From positions 1 through 55,604 of the IMG/VR virus record IMGVR_UViG_3300004369_000019: 55,604 nt of DNA; one strand, written 5' to 3'. The DNA comes from a virus (taxonomy: Duplodnaviria; Caudoviricetes). A program made the position numbers and the translations under genes. Positions 27,928 through 36,226 of the stretch are shown here, one piece after another (positions within the stretch are counted from its first letter, which is position 1; each line of letters starts with the position of its first letter). The notes below the pieces were generated by a model. It made no database searches. It saw nothing but the letters and a program-made list of their open reading frames with translations, and was not told the DNA's origin.

Positions 27928-30900
27928 TCAAATTCTAATCAATCTATTTAGTGCATTTCTAATAATCATAATGTTTGTCTTCAGTAAGAAGTCAGACCTT
28001 CTTCCTCTTCTTCCACCTCCTCTTTCACCTCCTCTTCTAGCAGGTCTACCTCCCGGACGTGGTGGACGTGGAGCAGGTCTTGGTCTAGGTCTTGGTGCAG
28101 GTCTTGGTGGATAACCACTTCCTAATGCTCTTCTCCTATTTGCGCTTGGTGCTGGACTTGGTGCTGGTCTTGGACGTGTTCTCCGTCTTGGTGGTGTTGG
28201 TCTTGGATGATACTTCTTAATACTTCCTCTCTTAAGTGGAAGTTTATTGATGGGGAATCCTTCTCCTTTCTTCTCAAATTTCTTCTCACCACGCTTGGTA
28301 ACTTTCTTAGATGCCTTTGGATGCTGTGTAGCAATTAGAGTTGCTCCATACTTCCACAATTGAGGTTCACCCTTATTGTAGAATCCATAATCTTTATCCT
28401 CTGGTTTAATTATATCAATTCTATTACTCTTCACACCCTTCTTCTGAAGTTTTCTTGCCTTCTTAGTGGTATCAATTATAACCATTTCGCCATTTCTCTT
28501 TTGACGAACTGCAATTGAAGTTGTCTTTTTTTTACCTCCTATTGGTCTTGCAGGTTTTCCTCTACCAGGATACTTCTTAGGGGGAAGTGGATATCCTTCT
28601 GCTTTAAATGCTTTCTTAGCGTCTTTGTTTCCTCCTCTTTCCCTAATCTGGTCAAAAGTTAAATATCTAGTTTTACCTTTGTTTTTACCTTTTTTAATTG
28701 TATAAGGAACATACCAAACAGGAAGTGCTTTTCCTTTCTTATCAAAGACGTATTTAACTTTAGCAGTTTTAATCTTTGGTCTAGGTCTCTTGCCTGAAGG
28801 CGGTGTAGGTTGAGGATCTCCTGTAGGATTCCCTTTGTTAGGGAGATTCACTGGAGGAAACGGGTCTTCGTGGGGTTTTGGCTCCTCCGGTGGTGGTGGT
28901 GGTGGTGGTTTCCTCTTGTTGTGAGAAAGTAGACCTTCTGAAATATAAGTATGAGCACCTTCAACTGTGATATGAACAACTGGTCCATTTTCAACAGTTT
29001 CAATACTCTTCAATGTTTGTCCAGAAACTTCATCACCGACTTCCATGTCTCTGGCTTCTTTCCAAGAGTCACCAACACGGAACTTGTGGTAAATTGAACA
29101 AGTTATTTCACTTTCACTAAAGATTAACTTGAGTTTTTCAACATCTTCTACAATAGAAGCATGAATGACTGGATAATCGCCATATTCAAAAGTATCTTCA
29201 TGATATGTTTTGACCATATCACCGACTACCAGATCTCCTGCTCTCTTCTGAGAACCATCGTGCATTAAAATTAATGCATTAGGATCTGGACATACCACCG
29301 GGGGTCGTGGGCGAATCGGGTCACCGCCGCCATCGGGACCTGGATCAATAGGATCAGGTTCTGGAACAACTGGATATTGTGGTCTTTGAGGTTGTGGACC
29401 TGGTGGTTGTGGTCTCGGTCTTGGTCTAGGTCTTGTAGGCTGAGTGGGTACGCCTGGTCCTCTTGGTCCTGGACGAGGACGTGGATCTGGTTCTGGTCTT
29501 GGTGGTTTTGGTTTTTTCTTAGTACACTTGAGAAGAACTTTTGGATCACCAACTTCAGCGATAGGAAGTAAAGTACATTTCCGACTCTTAGGAATTTTCC
29601 ATCTTCTAACATAGAATCTTTTCGCAACATCACTACCAACGCAAGTAAATTGATCTTCTGCTGCGGTTGTTATTTCACCTTCTCTTTCACTATTAGTTGG
29701 TGAGTCAACTAATCTAAAAGTTTTAACTCCAGCCGTAAATGTACGCCCAAATTTATTCTTTCTTACACCATCTGCCTTTGGTAGGAAGAAGTTTCCTCTT
29801 AATTGACCATTTTCGTCAGTAACAAATTTTTTATTAACAATTTTACATATTGCTTTACTTGTCTGACCCTTTAACTTCATTCCAGCGCCAGTAATAAATC
29901 CCCAATACTTTCCTTTAGACTGTAAAGTCATGATAAAAGTATCAATATTCAATATTGTAGAATTTGATGCGTAACTAGTAGGCATCAAAGTCTGACTATA
30001 TGGATTTACCCTATAGAATTTTGTTGGTGCATTAAAAGGTCCATCCAGATGATTTATCTTACATACTCTAGAAGAAAATCTAGTATGATGTCTCCAGCCT
30101 CTTATGGCCTTCATTTGAACTTTTCTTTTTCTTACTTTAATTGCAAGTGTATTATGGACTCTAAATCTTCTTCTCTTAGCAGCAATAACTGTTTCCCCAA
30201 CTTGGAAAGTTCCCTTAACCATTTGTATTTCTAATAGTTTGGGGAAAGAAGTATTTGATACTGGAATATCATCAAAGAAAGGATATACCCTTGTAAAGGG
30301 TTTCATTTTGACGGCTCTAAATTCAATATTCCGCATTCTCATCCATTTGCGGAAAGTTACAGATACAAATCTTGCGCCAACTTTTACTCTCTTAGCCCAG
30401 AATGGGTTTTTAATCGGAACTGCACCTATTCCATCTTTATTAATTTTAATTTTTCTCTGCCCAAATATTCTTTTTCTTAATCTCTTTCTATCACCTTTTC
30501 TGTTTGGTCGATCTCCTTTAACTTTATCGCCTCTTCTATCTGGAACACCTTTCCAATGATTTCTCCAATCTCTCCAAGTAACTCCACCCCAACCCCAATT
30601 GGGGTTGTTTTTCATTTTCCTCATTTGTCGATTGGTAAACCAGTATTTACCTCTTCTATTATTAAATCCTACACAACCACCTCTATTTTGTTGAACCCAT
30701 GCATCGGTTTCTGGTTGAAGCGTAAGTTCTCCCTGATAAAATATATCGACAATAGTATTAATTGGAACGTTCTGTGTTGCATATGGTTGTACAATTTCAA
30801 CTTGCTCATCATAGTCTAATGTGATTACTCTTCCAGTTTTTCTAACACCTTCACCAATTAAATTAGAATCATATTCTGGATCCAAATTAACAGAATCTAC

Positions 30901-33900
30901 TACATCTGTTCCAATTCCAAGATTATTAAATGTACCTAACTCTAAATCAATTTGAGTTGTATAAGGAGCGGCTCTTAATTCTCTCTTTTCAGTATCAACA
31001 GAGTTTTTATTAATTGTAATTTTTAATTGATTTTCTGCTGTAGAGAAATCATCAACAAAGAAACCAGATTTAAATCTATCTAAACCTGTAACGGAGTCTG
31101 TTACCTTAAGAGCAGCCGTGCTACTCTCAAGCATACTTAAAGAAGTATAATATTCAAGTTTTTTAATACGATCTTCAAGATCTCCAATATCATCCATACT
31201 GTAGCGTTTATATTCCGCTACTTCAATTCTTGCATCATCAACGTCTTCTAAGAAAGCTGGTAATGAAATAGTAGCAATTTCAATTGCATTTTCTTTTGAT
31301 GCAGGAACAACTGGTTCTTCTGCTGCAGCTCCCTCCACATTGTGGAAAACACCAGTTTCATCCAAGAAAATTTTATCAACTCTTGGAAGGAAAAATTCAT
31401 AATCTATAACTATTAATTCATCTGATGCAAGAATATGTTGTGATGAATTTCCATCTCCATCAAAAGATCTTCCAAAGAATTCAAATGGTGAGCGTCCACC
31501 TTCAACGACATTATACGCATCTACTCTAGGTCTTAAATCAATAATGTCAGCATGTCTGATTTCATCAGTTTCTGGAATATCCTTATACTTGAAGTTTTTA
31601 TAAGAATTTACAGTTGTAATATCTCCAGTATCTGCAACACCATAATCAGCATAAGAATATAAAATTTTTAACTTTCTCTTTGATGGTTTAACATCTTTTT
31701 TTCTCTTTATATAAGCATAATCATAAATTGTATCTCGATATCCATCTTCTAGCTCATATTTATCAGTTACATTATTATCAGCACCACTTAGTTTTACTAC
31801 TGTAGCAGTTATTTGACTATCTTGAAAACCAATATTTTCTCCTGCTTCAAATGAATCGTCATTTATTAGAACATATGAAATAGTAGTATCATTTACTCTT
31901 TCAATTACCATTCCAATTGCTTCGGATTTAGCACCTTGAAATCTTTCTCCAATAGCAACATCTCTTGTAGTATTTGTTATTCCTCCGATATTAGATAATT
32001 CTAATCTTAGAATATCCGGTTCATTAGTATCATCAGACTCATAGATAGCTAATACATCTGTAACATCAGGTCTAAATAAACAAATTTCTTCATCTTGAAC
32101 ACGAGTTCCATATGGATAATTTCCATATGTTAGACCATCATTTATTGTTGTTGATCCTATTCCAGAACCTCTATCTCTAGACTTATCAATTACAATACTA
32201 CCAACTTTAGTAATAATCTTTACTTTATTTTTTAGATTATTCTTTGTTAGTGTTGCTAGTAATTTTCCTGTTGTATTTGAACCTAAACCTTTAATTGTAA
32301 CTTGTGTAAAATCAGAAGAAAAATCAAATTTATCTTCAGTTAATTCTTCTATAGAACCATCGTCTCTAGTCAAGATATATCTTGATGGATTGAATGGTAA
32401 GAAAGCGCGATCCGTTCCTGCTTGTATTGCAGCAGTCACATTATTGGTAATAGTTACGTCAAAAACTTCTCTGATATCTATAGAAGACTCTACAAGATCT
32501 ACATTACTAACATAATCTTTCGGAAGTTCTGTGTATAGTTTTGCTTCTTCATCAGATCCTTCTAGTCCTTCCTGGAATTTTGCCTGAATCTTTTTAAAGT
32601 CAGATGGAGTAATTTCACTTGTTGGTAGAGAACCTTGATTAATATCTGTAACAGTGGTTATACCACTAATTCTCATGTTAGTTTTTGCTACAGCAGTAAC
32701 CTGAGAATAAGTTATTAATTCTGAATTTTGAGGATTTGTATAAGATACATAATCTCCTACATCAAATATCTTATCTAAATTTACAGTTGCTGAACTTACT
32801 GTAGAAACTCCACCAACTGCTGTTGATATGGAAACTGATCCAATTACATCATTTGTAGCGAATAGTTTAGTATCCGCGTTAAAATACGTTCCATTGGAAT
32901 TTGTTCCATGAACAGATCTAACATTGCTTATACCAAATTCTGTTGATTTTTTAACAACTCTTGAATTTTCTTCAACGCCGTTAAAAATTAATTTTTCACC
33001 AACATTAAATCTTCCATTTACATCATATACAGTTGCAATTCCAGAATTACTAACATCAAATCTTAAGTGTGCTATCGATCCAGTAGCTTTTCCTTTTATA
33101 TGAATTGGAGTTGTTAATGTAACTGGAGCATTAAGTTCCAATTCTACATATGGTCTAACGTCATATAATGCTAAATCGAAGACATTAAGATCCAAATTAG
33201 TAGCATCATATGAACCATCTTCTAATTCATAATCCCATACTCTAGCAACTCCAATTTCTTTACCTGCTGCAATAGTTTGAGCAGTTCCTACTCTTTCATC
33301 TCTAAGTGTAACATAAAAACTTGTTTGAATTCCTATAGTTGGATATCCATATACTCGATTTAATTGTAAAGTAGGTCCAGTATTATACTTTATCTGCTGA
33401 TCTAGTAGTTTTTTAGTTGTTCTTGGTTTTTTAAAATCTAGATATGTTGGAGTTGGAATTTCAGTCTCAAATCCATTTACATATGCTTTTAATGGAGAAA
33501 TTTTATAAACTCCAAGATCGTCATCTGGTTGTTGACCTTGAATTGTAGTTTGTCCTTGATCATAAACTCCATCATTTCCTTCTTTATCATTCAAGGATTC
33601 TAAGACATCGATATCCGGAGCGGCAACATAAAAATCTCCAGCAATATCATCTACTATTTCCGCTAATCTCTTATCAAATTCTGTTTGCTGAGCACTTCTA
33701 TTTCTATTAACTACTTCTCCATTGATAACTTCCATGATCTGAATGAAGTTTTCAAGATCATCGTTTTCATCTAAATCTATTTTTACCAGGTCAATATCTA
33801 TCTTAAATCGATCTGCTCCAGGTGCTGTGAAATTTGAAAATCCCTGAGCGTTATCTAAAAGGTTTTCATCATCAACATACGTTACAATTTCTTCATTAAC

Positions 33901-34629
33901 TATAAATCCAATTTTATATGTTGGTTGGTCATCATATTGATCTAGTAATAATGTTTTTTCTTCACATTCTACAAAATGACCTCTAATATAATAAACACCT
34001 TCATTAATATGAACAGCAGATCCTATTTCGTTTGGGTTTGTTGAAATGCACTGAAGGACAGGATCTAATGAATTAAAAATAATTACATTTGATAGATCTT
34101 CTTGAACTGCTGCATTTGGATCATCATTTTCAAATTCTTCTGCTAAGTTATTCGTGGTTTGGAAACCATCTTCAGTTAAAAGTACTTCTCCGGCAGTAAA
34201 ACCTGTAAATGATTTTGTTGATGCATCAGAACTTAGGTATCTAATATAAAAAGTATGTAATCCTCTCTCAGAAGTTGTTGCTGGTTGATAAGAGTCAATT
34301 TTAGCTCTAATTCCAGATGTTTGACCAACAATAATCTCACCAACAAGATCGGCAGCATATTCTAGAATTCCTTTTCCGTTATAAGTTTCTTCAACGATAA
34401 CGCATGGATATTTCTCATAATATTGAACTTCACCACCAGAAATTGCTCTACCTTCTTTAAAAAAATGATCTCCAAACTTTTCAATCTGAGATTGAAGTAT
34501 TGACTGGAGAGTTGTTAGCTCTCTAGCCTGAATTGGATAACCAGGTTTAAATAGGACGCGATAAAAATCATCGTCCCTGTCAAAATCATCATAATAAGGA
34601 GCGGTATTTAAGTTAAATTCCTGTGGCAT
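27928..34629 (-). CDS. VrlC/DUF4815-type virion structural protein with C-terminal Hint domain, basic cargo and S74 N-fragment
   Basis: N-terminus NLNTAPYYDDFD....YRVLFKPGYPIQARELTTLQSILQ.Q; APGADRFKI; YSM.DIG.LEDRIKKLEYYTSLS; DRFKSGFFVDDF. Follows gp8. Confidence 0.85.
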   Translation of the reverse strand: MPQEFNLNTAPYYDDFDRDDDFYRVLFKPGYPIQARELTTLQSILQSQIEKFGDHFFKEGRAISGGEVQYYEKYPCVIVEETYNGKGILEYAADLVGEIIVGQTSGIRAKIDSYQPATTSERGLHTFYIRYLSSDASTKSFTGFTAGEVLLTEDGFQTTNNLAEEFENDDPNAAVQEDLSNVIIFNSLDPVLQCISTNPNEIGSAVHINEGVYYIRGHFVECEEKTLLLDQYDDQPTYKIGFIVNEEIVTYVDDENLLDNAQGFSNFTAPGADRFKIDIDLVKIDLDENDDLENFIQIMEVINGEVVNRNRSAQQTEFDKRLAEIVDDIAGDFYVAAPDIDVLESLNDKEGNDGVYDQGQTTIQGQQPDDDLGVYKISPLKAYVNGFETEIPTPTYLDFKKPRTTKKLLDQQIKYNTGPTLQLNRVYGYPTIGIQTSFYVTLRDERVGTAQTIAAGKEIGVARVWDYELEDGSYDATNLDLNVFDLALYDVRPYVELELNAPVTLTTPIHIKGKATGSIAHLRFDVSNSGIATVYDVNGRFNVGEKLIFNGVEENSRVVKKSTEFGISNVRSVHGTNSNGTYFNADTKLFATNDVIGSVSISTAVGGVSTVSSATVNLDKIFDVGDYVSYTNPQNSELITYSQVTAVAKTNMRISGITTVTDINQGSLPTSEITPSDFKKIQAKFQEGLEGSDEEAKLYTELPKDYVSNVDLVESSIDIREVFDVTITNNVTAAIQAGTDRAFLPFNPSRYILTRDDGSIEELTEDKFDFSSDFTQVTIKGLGSNTTGKLLATLTKNNLKNKVKIITKVGSIVIDKSRDRGSGIGSTTINDGLTYGNYPYGTRVQDEEICLFRPDVTDVLAIYESDDTNEPDILRLELSNIGGITNTTRDVAIGERFQGAKSEAIGMVIERVNDTTISYVLINDDSFEAGENIGFQDSQITATVVKLSGADNNVTDKYELEDGYRDTIYDYAYIKRKKDVKPSKRKLKILYSYADYGVADTGDITTVNSYKNFKYKDIPETDEIRHADIIDLRPRVDAYNVVEGGRSPFEFFGRSFDGDGNSSQHILASDELIVIDYEFFLPRVDKIFLDETGVFHNVEGAAAEEPVVPASKENAIEIATISLPAFLEDVDDARIEVAEYKRYSMDDIGDLEDRIKKLEYYTSLSMLESSTAALKVTDSVTGLDRFKSGFFVDDFSTAENQLKITINKNSVDTEKRELRAAPYTTQIDLELGTFNNLGIGTDVVDSVNLDPEYDSNLIGEGVRKTGRVITLDYDEQVEIVQPYATQNVPINTIVDIFYQGELTLQPETDAWVQQNRGGCVGFNNRRGKYWFTNRQMRKMKNNPNWGWGGVTWRDWRNHWKGVPDRRGDKVKGDRPNRKGDRKRLRKRIFGQRKIKINKDGIGAVPIKNPFWAKRVKVGARFVSVTFRKWMRMRNIEFRAVKMKPFTRVYPFFDDIPVSNTSFPKLLEIQMVKGTFQVGETVIAAKRRRFRVHNTLAIKVRKRKVQMKAIRGWRHHTRFSSRVCKINHLDGPFNAPTKFYRVNPYSQTLMPTSYASNSTILNIDTFIMTLQSKGKYWGFITGAGMKLKGQTSKAICKIVNKKFVTDENGQLRGNFFLPKADGVRKNKFGRTFTAGVKTFRLVDSPTNSEREGEITTAAEDQFTCVGSDVAKRFYVRRWKIPKSRKCTLLPIAEVGDPKVLLKCTKKKPKPPRPEPDPRPRPGPRGPGVPTQPTRPRPRPRPQPPGPQPQRPQYPVVPEPDPIDPGPDGGGDPIRPRPPVVCPDPNALILMHDGSQKRAGDLVVGDMVKTYHEDTFEYGDYPVIHASIVEDVEKLKLIFSESEITCSIYHKFRVGDSWKEARDMEVGDEVSGQTLKSIETVENGPVVHITVEGAHTYISEGLLSHNKRKPPPPPPPEEPKPHEDPFPPVNLPNKGNPTGDPQPTPPSGKRPRPKIKTAKVKYVFDKKGKALPVWYVPYTIKKGKNKGKTRYLTFDQIRERGGNKDAKKAFKAEGYPLPPKKYPGRGKPARPIGGKKKTTSIAVRQKRNGEMVIIDTTKKARKLQKKGVKSNRIDIIKPEDKDYGFYNKGEPQLWKYGATLIATQHPKASKKVTKRGEKKFEKKGEGFPINKLPLKRGSIKKYHPRPTPPRRRTRPRPAPSPAPSANRRRALGSGYPPRPAPRPRPRPAPRPPRPGGRPARRGGERGGGRRGRRSDFLLKTNIMIIRNALNRLIRI
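27945..27951 (-). promoter_or_regulatory. Candidate late promoter CTAAATA inside the 3' end of the 2233-aa gene
   Basis: 26 nt upstream of the 27919 ATG, the same spacing as other late promoters in this window. Confidence 0.5.
28918..29292 (-). other. Hint / bacterial intein-like (BIL) domain, 125 aa (C1780-N1904)
   Basis: Block A CPDPNALILMHDGSQKRAGDLVVGDMV; block B ITCSIYHKF; W.EARDMEVGD; blocks F/G VVHITVEGAHTYISEGLLSHN. Residue +1 is Lys; no endonuclease domain. Confidence 0.9.
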
Positions 34630-34635
34630 GATTTC

Positions 34636-36189
34636 TTAGAATTGCAAAATAACTTTAACGTCTTCTTTTTGACTCTTTGATCTTGTGATCGCCGGTCTGT
34701 TATCGACATATATGATGTCTCCTGAATATTTCTTTACTTCTGGAGGTGCAACACCATTCGTAAAATATTGTCCTAGATTGTAGGTAGTACTATTTATAGA
34801 TGTTGTTAGACCTGTGAAGTCTTCATCTATGTCTAATTCAATTGATCCACCGGAGATAGTCAAATTTCCAGTATCACCAATATCATTAGTAAATCTATGC
34901 TGAATATATCCATATTCTGGTATTCTCTGAGAACCATCTGTATTGAATCCAACTTGAGATTTATCCTGCCAGTATTTCAAAACTCCAGTTGTTTCGTCAT
35001 AAGATACTACTCTTCCAACAGCTGTGCTTCCTAAACCAACAGTTTGAGTTATTTCAGAATCAAACTCAAATGCAGCAGAACTATATCCAACTCCTGTTAA
35101 TTTTAATGCATAAACCGCACTAACTTTATCTTCAACAAGAAGTTCATTAGAACCATTTTTAGTTGGATTATGAACTATTCCAACTCTTGCGATTTGGTTT
35201 CCAACAACAAAATCTGGATTATCAGAATCATTTTCAATCCTTGTATATAAGAGAATATTGGTTGAACCAAGTTCTTTATAAATGTCTGCTCCATGTCCTC
35301 CTGGAGGAGGAATAATTACATCAAATGTTGGGATTTTATCTCCAAAATTTAAAGATGAATTTGTTAAATCTACTCTTCCGTGAGTATATCCTTCTCCACC
35401 ATCAGAAACGGTTATACTATCAACTTCAGATTCATTATTAATAATAATAGTACATTCTGCTCCTTCTCCATCGCCACTGATAGGTATATTATTGTAAGTT
35501 ACACCACCAGTTCCTAGTCCTGATCCTCTATCCGTAATAGTTACGATTTTAATTTGACCACTTGTTTGTGCAGTATCTCGCATAGAATCAAATGTTGTAT
35601 CAGTATCCCAATTTTTAGGAACAGGAATAAAATTAATCGAGTCAAATTTTACAATGTCCGCTGGTTTAATAGTGTATAGATATTTCCATACATACCCATC
35701 TCCACTATCTCCAGGAATCTGTGGTTCCAAATCTGTAAATAAAGGTTCGTCAAGAGATGGTCTTCCTTCTGGATTTTCTGGATCAGATCCATTTTGTAGG
35801 CAAATATAAACTCTGAAGTCACTATTGATAATATAAAAGTTTGATGAATAAAGACTTGTAGCGTTTGATGGTTTAGATAAGTTTGTTCTACTGATATCAT
35901 GGCGATACATATCGTAAGTAGTACCAGAACTCCAAGTAATTTTTCTAATTACCTGACGAATATCTTGTGAAGAAATTCTTTTAAGAGCAATCATGGTATC
36001 CCAATAATCAAATTCTTGCTCAAAAGAATCTTTTGGAGCAGGAGGAGATACATCCCAATTGCTAACAACATCTGTGGGATTTGGAAGTCCTATAAATGCG
36101 TAGAAAACATTATTTTCCGCATCTTCTGCAAGATCCAGAAAATTTTGCGAATTCAAAATTCTAATTTGATCAGTTATAATAGCGGACAT
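34636..36189 (-). CDS. gp8: Baseplate wedge subunit
   Basis: MSAIITDQIRILN; W.SGTTYDMYRHD; VYICLQNG; DGYVWKYLYTI; YVDNRPAITRS..QKEDVKVILQF. Confidence 0.9.
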   Translation of the reverse strand: MSAIITDQIRILNSQNFLDLAEDAENNVFYAFIGLPNPTDVVSNWDVSPPAPKDSFEQEFDYWDTMIALKRISSQDIRQVIRKITWSSGTTYDMYRHDISRTNLSKPSNATSLYSSNFYIINSDFRVYICLQNGSDPENPEGRPSLDEPLFTDLEPQIPGDSGDGYVWKYLYTIKPADIVKFDSINFIPVPKNWDTDTTFDSMRDTAQTSGQIKIVTITDRGSGLGTGGVTYNNIPISGDGEGAECTIIINNESEVDSITVSDGGEGYTHGRVDLTNSSLNFGDKIPTFDVIIPPPGGHGADIYKELGSTNILLYTRIENDSDNPDFVVGNQIARVGIVHNPTKNGSNELLVEDKVSAVYALKLTGVGYSSAAFEFDSEITQTVGLGSTAVGRVVSYDETTGVLKYWQDKSQVGFNTDGSQRIPEYGYIQHRFTNDIGDTGNLTISGGSIELDIDEDFTGLTTSINSTTYNLGQYFTNGVAPPEVKKYSGDIIYVDNRPAITRSKSQKEDVKVILQF

Positions 36190-36219
36190 TTTTTACTTTA
36201 GCGGTAAAATTTTTCTAAT

Positions 36220-36226
36220 TATTTAG
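36220..36226 (-). promoter_or_regulatory. Late promoter CTAAATA
   Basis: Overlaps the gp7 stop, upstream of gp8. Confidence 0.55.

Noticed and set aside
27919-27945. Programmed -1 frameshift joining the 2233-aa ORF to the S74 body
   Set aside because: The -1 frame is closed by TAG two codons before the TTG, there is no X XXY YYZ heptamer, and fusion would duplicate a helix. Not fully excluded without reads or proteomics.
28918-29292. Canonical splicing or mobile intein
   Set aside because: Residue +1 is Lys, there is no homing endonuclease, and it sits in low-complexity linkers rather than a conserved active site. BIL-type cleavage fits better.
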